Source: a virus. Taken from it: a DNA stretch of 64,000 bases. The DNA lies in IMG/VR virus record IMGVR_UViG_3300021963_007958, one strand, 5' to 3'. Below, in pieces: positions 10,153-18,798 of the stretch. Position 1 is the first letter of the stretch, and every line of letters begins with the position of its first letter. The translations under genes and the position numbers were made by a program. Below the pieces are notes generated by a model. That model made no database searches, was not told the DNA's origin, and saw only the letters and a list, made by a program, of their open reading frames with translations.

Positions 10153-10192
10153 AAATCCGCACTTAATGTATTATATCATTTAGTGCGGATTT
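10153..10192 (-). terminator. long inverted repeat (terminator-like on minus) overlapping the gp55 promoter
   Basis: AAATCCGCACT (10153-63) / AGTGCGGATTT (10182-92), followed on minus by ATTTTTT. Confidence 0.65.
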
Positions 10193-10198
10193 GGTTTC
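10170..10198 (-). promoter_or_regulatory. GAAAC(N)-17-TATAAT promoter upstream of gp55
   Basis: GAAACC, 17 nt, TATAAT. Confidence 0.7.
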
Positions 10199-10212
10199 GG
10201 GAAGTTTCCCTA

Positions 10213-10851
10213 TTAGTCCATGTCGAACCAGCTCTTTTCTCCAGGCTCTGGAGCTTTTACTGCTGGTCTATAAGCTCTATCCGTTGTTCCGGTTAGAATT
10301 TTATTGATACTTCTATCGATCGCATCATAGTCAACTTGTTGAGATCCAGAAGGTTCTTTAACTACTTTTCTCATTAATTGATTATTAGCTCCAAGAAGTC
10401 TTGTTTTAATTAGCGTTCTAAGATTACCGTAAATCTGACCGTCCGTTAGGTTTGGTTTATCTACACTCTTGTGCCAGTCTTGAAGAACATCTTTTAGAGT
10501 TGTAGCAATTACTTCATCAAACTGCTCGTCGCTCAAATTGGACCATCTTCTTCTGAACTCGCCATAAGCTACAGAATTGATTAACTCGACAAGCATTTTA
10601 GCGAGTTTGTGGGTTACTGTTCTAACAGGTCTGCGGGGATTGCCTAGAACTTTAATATAAACTGTTTCCCCTTCTGCAAGAGATTTCTTAACCTCATCTG
10701 CAAGTTCTTTCTGGTCAATAAACTTTTTAGCCTCGAGAATAACCCCTTCAAAGTAGTTATCCGGCTGAACATCAATGAAGATATTTTCTCCTAAGTATAG
10801 AGGTTTAGATTCTACTAAGAAATTTTCAAAATTTGATAAGTTTTTCATCAT
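10213..10851 (-). CDS. divergent gp55-like protein with N-terminal capsid-targeting-like propeptide
   Basis: manual alignment to adjacent gp55; N-terminus MKNLSNFENFLVES. Confidence 0.55.
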   Translation of the reverse strand: MMKNLSNFENFLVESKPLYLGENIFIDVQPDNYFEGVILEAKKFIDQKELADEVKKSLAEGETVYIKVLGNPRRPVRTVTHKLAKMLVELINSVAYGEFRRRWSNLSDEQFDEVIATTLKDVLQDWHKSVDKPNLTDGQIYGNLRTLIKTRLLGANNQLMRKVVKEPSGSQQVDYDAIDRSINKILTGTTDRAYRPAVKAPEPGEKSWFDMD

Positions 10852-10862
10852 TTAGTTCAGAA

Positions 10863-11198
10863 TTATTTCTTAATTGCTTTTTTAGCTTGTTTTCTAGCTT
10901 CATCTCCAATTTTATTTAGGAACTTCACATAGTCAACTGACTTAGTTTTTGTCAATGGATAATCTCCAATAAGATCGGATTTAATTCCAGAATCTTTTAC
11001 AGTGATTGAAGATTTTATTCCATCAATGTCTCTAGAAAGGGTTTCTCCACTCTCTTTATATCCATATGCCTTGGTAGCCATGTCGATGAAGTTCTTTTTG
11101 AATAAAGGATTAACAGCTGCTTTTCCTGCAGGTCCTTTTCCAAAAGCTTCGAATAATTCAGATTCGTTAATTTCTGAGTAAGATTTTAAATTTTTCAT
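10863..11198 (-). CDS. putative internal virion protein
   Basis: MKNLKSYSEINES targeting-like start; late motif at 11206-11213. Confidence 0.55.
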   Translation of the reverse strand: MKNLKSYSEINESELFEAFGKGPAGKAAVNPLFKKNFIDMATKAYGYKESGETLSRDIDGIKSSITVKDSGIKSDLIGDYPLTKTKSVDYVKFLNKIGDEARKQAKKAIKK

Positions 11199-11217
11199 AG
11201 TTATCTATATATCAATT

Positions 11218-11412
11218 TTATTCTTTGTCTTCTCCCTCTTCGTCTTCACGAGAAATGAGTGTATCTTCAGATTTTTTCGGTTTCCCGTCTGGAGCTACAC
11301 TCATTTTTCCTTCAGAACTTTCAATATCAGGTTGGGATTTTTTTCCTTCTGCTTCCTCATTTTCGGGAGCAAAAGCCCAAACTTTGCTAAGAGCTGACTT
11401 TAATTTTTTTTT
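11218..11412 (-). other. start-less -1 frame extension (64 codons) of the 989-aa protein behind an A9 run
   Basis: KKKLKSALSKVWAFAPENEE...MSVAPDGKP...EDKE*; continues the xxAP repeat pattern. Confidence 0.6.
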
Positions 11413-14369
11413 AATTCTGGACTAGGTCTGTCAAATCCTTCATTTACGAAAATCGATTGAAGCATTTTTTGTACCTCTTCAGAATCTTTATTCTCCATGA
11501 TGAAGTTCTTAATTCCATCTAGAGTTAATTCGGTTGGAGATGAATTTTCTCCTTCTCCAATATTGTAACCCATTTCAGCGTTAAGCTCATAATCAACTTC
11601 TCCGTCTGCACCTTTTGAAGGTGTTTCTGCTAAGTCTGCAGTATCCAAATTGTCAATATCTGCATTATTAGAAGCTTTAGCATCCAAATATTCAACTTCA
11701 TATCCTGCGTCTCCTTCTACTTTCCCTGGGGAAGTAGCGAAGTTTGGATCTGTTGTGTCTTTAGAAGGAACCTTAGAACCTTTTTCTGGAGCTGTTACTA
11801 GCTCTGCAGTATCAAGATTGTCGATCTCTGGACTGCTAGCTTTAGGAAGGTCGATCTTAATTGCATATCCTGAGTCTCCGACTTGTGCGCCTGGTGCAGT
11901 AGCAAGAGCTGGATCTAATTTAGAAAGATCCGACTCGTCCATTTTAGATTTTCCCGATCCCGGAGCAACCGCCATGTTGGAATTTCCAGTGATCTCAGGC
12001 TTCTTAGAAGCTTTAGGATCTGGATATTCAACTTTATAATCTGCATCTCCCTCTTCTTTACCGGGGGTAGAAGCTAAATTCATAGCCTTTAGTCCAGACT
12101 TTTCCCATTCTGTAGCCATGTTAGTTCCTTTAGGTTTTCCTTGAGGAGCAGTAGCTAGTGAAGGTTGGTTAGATTCTTCTAGATTATACCCGTTTTCGTC
12201 GTTTACTTCGTAGTCGGTAGGCTTATTTTTGCTTTCTGGTGCTTCTTCTAGATTTGCATCTTTAAGATTTTCAACGTCTTTCTTTCCGTCTTGGTCTTGA
12301 GTCTTAGCAGATGGAGCTGCAGAAGTGCTAGCTTTTAACACTTGAGCTGGAGTTTTACCGTGAACTAATTTACCAGTAGATGGGGCTTTTGCTAAAGGAG
12401 TGCTAGACTCTTTTACACCTTCGCCTTCTTCTGCGTTCTCGTCTGAAGATTTTTGGAATGCATCTTCAAGATCAACGATATCTTCTACTCCAAAATCACC
12501 GGTCTTTCCACTATCCAAAAGAACAGTGTAAGAACCTGATGTAGTATCTACTGAAATAATCTTTCCAGTATTTCCGTTTTCTTTAACTTTAACGTAATCC
12601 CCAACTGTGAATTTAGAATCTTCCATTAGATCTTCAATCACGGTAGGATTATTTTCAATAGAATCTAATTCTGCATTGATAGTAGACCATTTAGACTTAA
12701 GAGTCTGAAGTTCTTTTTCAAGAATAGAATAAGCTTGTGAAAGCTGGTTAGATCCTTTGAATAGAGGATTTGAAGCCACTAGGGTTTCGATCTTCTTCAT
12801 TTCACCTTCTACGATAGCAATGTTATCTATAACTTTCTTTCTATCGTTAATCATGATGGACTTAATCTTTCTCTCGCCATCCAAGAATTCAGTTAAACCT
12901 TCTGAAACGTCGTATTTCAAGAAGTCTTTAACGATGTTAGCTGCTTGAGATCCGTTAACTGCAAATAGAGAATTTTCTCTCATTGCTTCGTTAACCTTCT
13001 GAAGATACATCTTTCCGTCCCACTTAATCAAACTAACAGAAGCACCTTCGTAAACCTTAGAAACGATAGACTTAGCAAAGTCTAGATCTACAATTTTATC
13101 AAAGTTTTCGTAAAGTCTAATTGTATCAGAGATGAGTTTATTTTCGTTGGTTGCAAGTCCTCTTGAAACCTTCAAAGTGATAAGCTTTGCAAGCTGGTTG
13201 TAATCACCAAATTTAGCAAGATCATCATTTAGGTAGATTCTAGTTTCTTCGTTTTCTTCAACAATAGAAATTCTAGTGTCTCCAGCATAAATGGAAATTC
13301 CATTCTCGTTAACTTTAACACCTTCTGTGTAGAAAGTCTCAAGGAGACCCAAGAATTCTTTGTCCATATTAGCAACATCTCTATTAGAAAGTTTTCTAAC
13401 TCCTTCAGAGCTACCTTCAAATAAAGTTTTACCGATTGCAAAAATAGTTTTATTGTTTTCAACTAGTACAGGAGAATAAATTTTTCTGATTTCAGAATTT
13501 CCGTTGATAGTAGGAATATTCATTTTAGAATCATTTGTCTCAAGAAGAGTTAAATTATTAATAAGGTTCTTAACAACTGGGTTGAAAGACCAAACTCTAA
13601 GTTCTTTTGAAAGGGCAGGAATAGATTTGGATTCAGAAACTAACCATTTAGAGATTGATTCTTTAACAGGAGTATAGAAGTCAGAGCTTCCTGTGTTCTC
13701 GATTTGATACAAAGCTTTAGAAACTTCGATTTCTGGTCTAAGAGTATTGCAAGACTCAGCAACTCTATTTACTGCAGCTTTAACGCTGCTGTCCCACGAG
13801 AAGTTAGAGAAGTCAGAGATGAAATTCTCAGCAACCCAATACTCAGGAACGTTTTTGTTCTTTAGAATATTAACGTAGTTCTCGCAAAGAATTTTAAAAT
13901 TACCATGCTCGTAGATACCTCTCTTAGAAAGTTCTAGGATAGATTCTAGAATCCCTAAGTTTTCAACTTTGTTGGAATCAACAAATGAAGCAGCAGACTT
14001 GTCGAACTTCGCCATTCCCTCAAGAGCTTCGTTTAATTTATTTTGAATCTCGCTAGATGGCTTTTGCTCTTCTTCTGCCCCGTCTACATAAGAACCAGAG
14101 TTCTTAGAAGGATTGAAGGAATTAAGTCCTCCCCAAGATTCAGCAAGCATTTTAGCTCTAGATTTAGATCTCTCTAGCTCTTCATTTCTTAGAGCTTCGA
14201 TTGGAGAGATTGTGTTCTCTTCTCTAGATTCTATGGCTTCCACAACCTGAGATTCAGTAATAGAAGTGTTTCCCTTCTTCAGTTCAGTGATGTAGGTTTC
14301 ACACAAATCTTTAACTTCTCTGGATTGAGTAGTTTCTTTTAGATTTTGTAGTTTGTTTATTAAATCCAT
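11400..14369 (-). CDS. large acidic putative prohead core/internal head protein with KOW/SH3-like domain and LxxAP repeats
   Basis: many (I/L/V)-x-E-(S/A/G) sites; FTVGDYVKV..TGKII motif; two late motifs upstream; near portal genes. Confidence 0.55.
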   Translation of the reverse strand: MDLINKLQNLKETTQSREVKDLCETYITELKKGNTSITESQVVEAIESREENTISPIEALRNEELERSKSRAKMLAESWGGLNSFNPSKNSGSYVDGAEEEQKPSSEIQNKLNEALEGMAKFDKSAASFVDSNKVENLGILESILELSKRGIYEHGNFKILCENYVNILKNKNVPEYWVAENFISDFSNFSWDSSVKAAVNRVAESCNTLRPEIEVSKALYQIENTGSSDFYTPVKESISKWLVSESKSIPALSKELRVWSFNPVVKNLINNLTLLETNDSKMNIPTINGNSEIRKIYSPVLVENNKTIFAIGKTLFEGSSEGVRKLSNRDVANMDKEFLGLLETFYTEGVKVNENGISIYAGDTRISIVEENEETRIYLNDDLAKFGDYNQLAKLITLKVSRGLATNENKLISDTIRLYENFDKIVDLDFAKSIVSKVYEGASVSLIKWDGKMYLQKVNEAMRENSLFAVNGSQAANIVKDFLKYDVSEGLTEFLDGERKIKSIMINDRKKVIDNIAIVEGEMKKIETLVASNPLFKGSNQLSQAYSILEKELQTLKSKWSTINAELDSIENNPTVIEDLMEDSKFTVGDYVKVKENGNTGKIISVDTTSGSYTVLLDSGKTGDFGVEDIVDLEDAFQKSSDENAEEGEGVKESSTPLAKAPSTGKLVHGKTPAQVLKASTSAAPSAKTQDQDGKKDVENLKDANLEEAPESKNKPTDYEVNDENGYNLEESNQPSLATAPQGKPKGTNMATEWEKSGLKAMNLASTPGKEEGDADYKVEYPDPKASKKPEITGNSNMAVAPGSGKSKMDESDLSKLDPALATAPGAQVGDSGYAIKIDLPKASSPEIDNLDTAELVTAPEKGSKVPSKDTTDPNFATSPGKVEGDAGYEVEYLDAKASNNADIDNLDTADLAETPSKGADGEVDYELNAEMGYNIGEGENSSPTELTLDGIKNFIMENKDSEEVQKMLQSIFVNEGFDRPSPELKKN

Positions 14370-14392
14370 TTTCCTGTTATTTTTTTACAGAT

Positions 14393-14400
14393 TATATATC
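14393..14400 (-). promoter_or_regulatory. late promoter motif GATATATA (representative site)
   Basis: also at 8702, 11206, 16854, 21391, 27882, 27929, 33172, 47183, 60361, 62050 (minus) and 53302 (plus), upstream of late/structural genes. Confidence 0.75.
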
Positions 14401-14463
14401 TTTCCTCAGTTGAGGAAATTTTTCTCTTATATATTCAATCTTTTTCTAAAAATTGTTATTTTT

Positions 14464-15009
14464 TTATCTTGCTACCATTATTTCTAACTTAACGTTCATG
14501 GCATCGTGAGGGTTTGTGATTGTTATTCCACCACCAGGGAAAGCAATGTCCTGGTCCGAAAGGTTCCATCCAATAAGTTCAGAGTTGATGGATCCAGCAG
14601 GATTACCGGATAAAATCATCAATTCACCAAGAGGATACGTGTTTCCTTCATATGTCCAGGTTAAATACTTCTGGTTCTGAGGAGTTCCGTTCGTTGGTCT
14701 TGGATATCCAGGGACAAAAGGGAGTTCCGAATTATAAAGAATCGGATTTACTGGTGCGGGATAAATAACCTTAATTGCAATCCATCTAACAAATCCTTCA
14801 TTATCTACCAGATCGGTCTGACTTAGCATTACCGAGGTACTTGCCTTTAAACTTATTTTAATTCTAGAGTAAGCACTAACTCCCAAAAGAATATCAGAAA
14901 GATTAAAGAATGTAGTTTTTACTCCTCCTTCTTCCAGCACAAATTTATCTTTGAAGAAGATAAATCCAGGAACTGTTCCAGGAGGACATATAATAGGTCT
15001 AGTTGCCAT
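14464..15009 (-). CDS. hypothetical beta-rich virion protein, paralog of adjacent gene
   Basis: W.Y...(L/M)G..M.L.G...GW...G...TNP...V.L.I..A shared with 15009..15689. Confidence 0.6.
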   Translation of the reverse strand: MATRPIICPPGTVPGFIFFKDKFVLEEGGVKTTFFNLSDILLGVSAYSRIKISLKASTSVMLSQTDLVDNEGFVRWIAIKVIYPAPVNPILYNSELPFVPGYPRPTNGTPQNQKYLTWTYEGNTYPLGELMILSGNPAGSINSELIGWNLSDQDIAFPGGGITITNPHDAMNVKLEIMVAR

Positions 15010-15689
15010 TAGTTAGCGGTTAATATTGTTAATCTCACCGTAAAGTCTGTAGGATTAGTAAAGACAAATCCAGGAGTAATTCCATCGTAATCGGGTTCTA
15101 GAGTAGGATCTACCTGCCATCCCTTCCAATTGGAACTGGTTTTAACTGCTCCGGTTAAAACCATAAATTGACCCATCGCATATCTAGGGGAGTTTTTATA
15201 GTTCCAATAGATAATATTATATGGATCTTCTACTAAATGAGGTAGATATTCGGCCTGAGCCATTAAAAGGCTAACTTCTCCAAACGTCTCGTCAAAGTTT
15301 CCGATGTCAAAGTTGATAGAGGAAAGAGGGGCAAGATTAAAAGTTTGCTTTTGATAGTTACTGAAAGACTGAATTGGGTGAAAGAAAGAAACCAAATTTA
15401 AAGTCTCTTCTGTGTATTTCTGCCAAGAAACATTGATTGCAGTATTATAAAATCTAACATTATGAGGATCATTAAAATCTGCAAATGTTAAATTTACTCT
15501 TCTCAGAGCTGTTTTATTTATCGCTATGATTGCATAGTCGACTTTAAATGCTGCAGAAGCACCAGGAGGAAGAACAGAGGTGCTATTTCCGTCTGCAAGC
15601 TCCAATAAGCTTGTATTGTACGCGTTTCCTCCGTCGTAGTTATATCCAGTTGTTCCTAGATACGATGCAAATTCTCCTGTTGCTGACAT
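15009..15689 (-). CDS. hypothetical beta-rich virion protein, paralog of adjacent gene
   Basis: shared C-terminal motifs with 14464..15009. Confidence 0.6.
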   Translation of the reverse strand: MSATGEFASYLGTTGYNYDGGNAYNTSLLELADGNSTSVLPPGASAAFKVDYAIIAINKTALRRVNLTFADFNDPHNVRFYNTAINVSWQKYTEETLNLVSFFHPIQSFSNYQKQTFNLAPLSSINFDIGNFDETFGEVSLLMAQAEYLPHLVEDPYNIIYWNYKNSPRYAMGQFMVLTGAVKTSSNWKGWQVDPTLEPDYDGITPGFVFTNPTDFTVRLTILTAN

Positions 15690-15693
15690 CTTG

Positions 15694-16539
15694 TTATAAT
15701 CTTGTTGGGCTTATGTAAACTTTACTAGCTGAGTCTATCTGTGGAACCCCCCTGTTAGAATTAACGGGTAAAACCTGAGATTCTTCTGTTTGAGTCGAAG
15801 GTCCGTTACCATCAATCAAGATATCTCCATAGTATCCACCTACAAAATCAGAAGAAGTATTATTTTCCTCCGGCGCAGATGTTTCGAGATCTTCCACCAT
15901 TTCATTTAAAACCAGGTCTAATTCGTGATCTTCGTCTCTCTTTTCCTTGATTTCTTCAACTATCGGTTCATCTTCTAATCCATCCTCTAAAGTTACATCC
16001 CATTCTTTCGTCTCTTCCAGTTCTTCAGGGGTATAAGAAAACTTTTCCTCTTTGGTTTCAACTGGGGTTTCCTCTATTTTAGACTCTTCTTTAGTCGTGA
16101 ATTCTGACTGTGGTTTAATATAATCAACTAGAGATTTAATAAATCCAAGAGCTACTAATGGAAGAATTGCTCCAGAAACTGCAGAAAGAACTCTTTTTTG
16201 ATAAACTACATCTTCTTCGATGAGACCAAACAGCTCAGACCATCCCTGGAAGTTTTCCATGTGGACGAATGCATAATACATGTTTCCTTGCATCTGCATA
16301 AGAGTAATAGTCCCGAATAGCATCCAAACAAGAGTTTTGTTCATCTTATCTAGAATAATCAAAGAAGCTAGAGAAGCTGCTGCTCCCAGCTCAAATCCAA
16401 TTGCAAGGGAAACTGCTAACCAATAGGGGTTAGACAGCTTGAAGAATTCTATTACGTGAATCGTAGAAATGATACTAACAAGCAAATACAAGGACACAAA
16501 AGTTCCAATAATGAACCTATGTACAAGTTTGTCTTTCAT
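15694..16539 (-). CDS. membrane protein (4 N-terminal TMs, acidic tail)
   Basis: hydrophobicity pattern. Confidence 0.6.
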   Translation of the reverse strand: MKDKLVHRFIIGTFVSLYLLVSIISTIHVIEFFKLSNPYWLAVSLAIGFELGAAASLASLIILDKMNKTLVWMLFGTITLMQMQGNMYYAFVHMENFQGWSELFGLIEEDVVYQKRVLSAVSGAILPLVALGFIKSLVDYIKPQSEFTTKEESKIEETPVETKEEKFSYTPEELEETKEWDVTLEDGLEDEPIVEEIKEKRDEDHELDLVLNEMVEDLETSAPEENNTSSDFVGGYYGDILIDGNGPSTQTEESQVLPVNSNRGVPQIDSASKVYISPTRL

Positions 16540-16829
16540 TAGTTTTTTGTTTGTAATTTCTTAATTTCGAGGTCAATCTCAGATTGTCTATTTACATCTA
16601 AGATTTTTCTATCTACCGACTGGATCATTCTTTTTTCTGCCTTTAGACCTTCTATTTCAATGTCCTTTCTATTTGGAAGTGCATCGATGATGGTTTTTTG
16701 AGCCTGGAATTCTTTCTTAACTTTGTGCAGTTCGGAACTGGTTCCACAAGATTTAAGATAGGTAAGGAACAAAAGGATAATTATGATCTTTGTCCCGTGT
16801 TTCGATAAAAAATTGTCTATTTTATTCAT
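16539..16829 (-). CDS. putative lipoprotein / membrane-anchored coiled-coil protein
   Basis: IIIILLFLTYLKSC then coiled coil; late motif at 16854-16861. Confidence 0.5.
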   Translation of the reverse strand: MNKIDNFLSKHGTKIIIILLFLTYLKSCGTSSELHKVKKEFQAQKTIIDALPNRKDIEIEGLKAEKRMIQSVDRKILDVNRQSEIDLEIKKLQTKN

Positions 16830-16889
16830 GACTTGATTTTTAATTATATTCTGTATATATCCTCCGGAAAAATAAATCCCTAAGAAACA

Positions 16890-16916
16890 GAAAAGAGCAC
16901 GAGATGTGCTCTTTTC
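16890..16916 (-). terminator. intrinsic terminator
   Basis: GAAAAGAGCAC-gagat-GTGCTCTTTTC hairpin downstream of 16942..17469. Confidence 0.75.
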
Positions 16917-16941
16917 CGAAAGATTTAATTTTTACTATTTA

Positions 16942-17469
16942 TTAGGCTGTTTCAATTCCTTGTTGAGCAGCTACTAGATCTTTTTCTAGAGATTGGATAG
17001 CTTCTGCATCTTTTTTAACTTCTTCCAAAGCAATCGAAATTGGCTTAAATAAAGAAATAAAGTTTTGTGCTTCCTTTAGACCTTTTCCTCTAACCTTAGA
17101 AAGAAAATAGTGAACTGCTTCTAATGGAAGTGATTCAATAAAGATCGTATTGTCTTTCACCCCTTCTTTCTTAAGACCAGTAAGAATTTTGTGGACTTCG
17201 ATTACTCCCAAAGACTCAGTCTGAGACCATTCGGCATTCTTTTCTACAAAATCGATTAGGGTAACCAAAAGATCTGCATTCATTTTTACTGCATAAACTT
17301 TCTTAGAATTTTTCTCTTTTAGATCTTTGATCTGATCTTCGAGAGATTTAATTTTCTTGTGATCTAGCGTGTCGATGAAAGAATCTGCATAATCTACAGA
17401 AGCTCCAGAAAATGTAGTTGGGATTTCGCTAGAAGCAAGAGGAGTAGGAGTTGATTTCTTGTTGCTCAT
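16942..17469 (-). CDS. hypothetical coiled-coil protein
   Basis: ORF with own promoter motifs and terminator. Confidence 0.7.
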   Translation of the reverse strand: MSNKKSTPTPLASSEIPTTFSGASVDYADSFIDTLDHKKIKSLEDQIKDLKEKNSKKVYAVKMNADLLVTLIDFVEKNAEWSQTESLGVIEVHKILTGLKKEGVKDNTIFIESLPLEAVHYFLSKVRGKGLKEAQNFISLFKPISIALEEVKKDAEAIQSLEKDLVAAQQGIETA

Positions 17470-17483
17470 TTTATATTTTTATT

Positions 17484-17512
17484 ATTCTATTTATATTTAA
17501 CTAAAAAGTTTC
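17484..17512 (-). promoter_or_regulatory. GAAACT-17-TAGAAT promoter with overlapping TATAAATA
   Basis: upstream of 16942..17469. Confidence 0.6.
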
Positions 17513-17514
17513 AT

Positions 17515-18318
17515 TTATACATCAAAGATATCAGAATCTTCTCTGTTGTGCTGAAGATAAACTCTTAAGGGTTCTCTCAAATCTTTAATCGGGTGAATTT
17601 TAGCTGGACCTTCTGGTCCAATGTGACACAAAAAACCTCCGTGAGATTCTATTCCGATTTCTTCCTCGAGCATCAGTCTATATAAACTAACCTGGATAGA
17701 ATATTCATTTAAATGATTCTCCCAAAGGTGAGAGAATGGATGGAGTAATTTTTTATATCTTCCCTTCGGATGTTCGTCAGATCTAAACTCTTTGTTAGTC
17801 TTCCAGTCTCCTATCAGAAAAAGAACCATTTTCTGTTTTTCGTCCCACATTAGGAAAGGCTGATCTATAGTTCCAGCGAGCTTCCATTTTCTGCAGAATA
17901 TTTTAAGCTCTGAAGATAAGGGAACTAGATTCTTAAATCTTTTTTCATAGAGATCCATAAATTTTCCAATTCTCTCTACAAAAGCGGGTTCGTCATCTTC
18001 GGTTAGTTCTCTGACATTACCTGACCAAAAATCCTCTATCCATTTATGAACTCTTGTTCCAAGATCATTAGCAACATCTGCCTTTCCCTGCCATTCATCT
18101 AAAACTACAGAAACATCAACTCCTCTTTCTGCTGCTTTCTTTTTAGACCAGTATTCCTTATCGAATGGAGTTTTAAATCTCTTAATGTAGGAAGTTACCG
18201 AATCATACTTTATGTCCCTATAGTGGTAAGTGTGAGCTTCTTCTTCAAAGATAAAGTTTGGATCTTTAAAGACAGAAAGCTTTTTAATTAGATCTTTTCT
18301 AATCGGCTTTAAGTCCAT
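17515..18318 (-). CDS. PD-(D/E)XK exonuclease (Cas4/RecB-like fold)
   Basis: SVTS, GTRVH, LAGTID, IGDWKT, YSIQVSLY. Confidence 0.85.
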   Translation of the reverse strand: MDLKPIRKDLIKKLSVFKDPNFIFEEEAHTYHYRDIKYDSVTSYIKRFKTPFDKEYWSKKKAAERGVDVSVVLDEWQGKADVANDLGTRVHKWIEDFWSGNVRELTEDDEPAFVERIGKFMDLYEKRFKNLVPLSSELKIFCRKWKLAGTIDQPFLMWDEKQKMVLFLIGDWKTNKEFRSDEHPKGRYKKLLHPFSHLWENHLNEYSIQVSLYRLMLEEEIGIESHGGFLCHIGPEGPAKIHPIKDLREPLRVYLQHNREDSDIFDV

Positions 18319-18320
18319 AA

Positions 18321-18770
18321 TTATTTACCGATGGAAGGGAATAAAGAAGAGATCCAGTCCCAGTGATTATAAGCTAAAACTAGTAGAGTAATTTCTAATA
18401 TCAGTCTAGCCATCCATAAAATAGAGAGTTGTCTAAATACGAAAGAGTAAACGACCAAGAATGATTCCTCATCAGTACCCTCAACGGGATTCATAAGAGG
18501 GGCAATTAATTCTTGGAGGCTTAGCTTAGTTAAGTATTCGTTAATCGGCTTAATTTGATCAAACACAAATGCTGGTCTAGCATATTTTGGGAAGTCCGGA
18601 GATTTAGTGACTTCAGGGGGAAGATTAAAGACGGTATAGATCCTTCCAAACCAATCTCTTCTAAGTCTTAATTTGCTCCATTCAGGAGAATCTAAAGACT
18701 CTTTTTTAATCACCTTCAGATATTCCCTATATAGTCTTATTTCTTTTAATACTTTAAAAATTCTGAACAT
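18321..18770 (-). CDS. hypothetical protein with C-terminal TM
   Basis: ORF track; hydrophobic C-terminus. Confidence 0.65.
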   Translation of the reverse strand: MFRIFKVLKEIRLYREYLKVIKKESLDSPEWSKLRLRRDWFGRIYTVFNLPPEVTKSPDFPKYARPAFVFDQIKPINEYLTKLSLQELIAPLMNPVEGTDEESFLVVYSFVFRQLSILWMARLILEITLLVLAYNHWDWISSLFPSIGK

Positions 18771-18798
18771 AAAAATAGTTTATAAGTTATAGACGGAA

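Noticed and set aside
17515-18318. Cas4 / CRISPR system
   Set aside because: no repeat-spacer array or other cas genes seen; typical stand-alone phage exonuclease lacking an evident Fe-S Cys set
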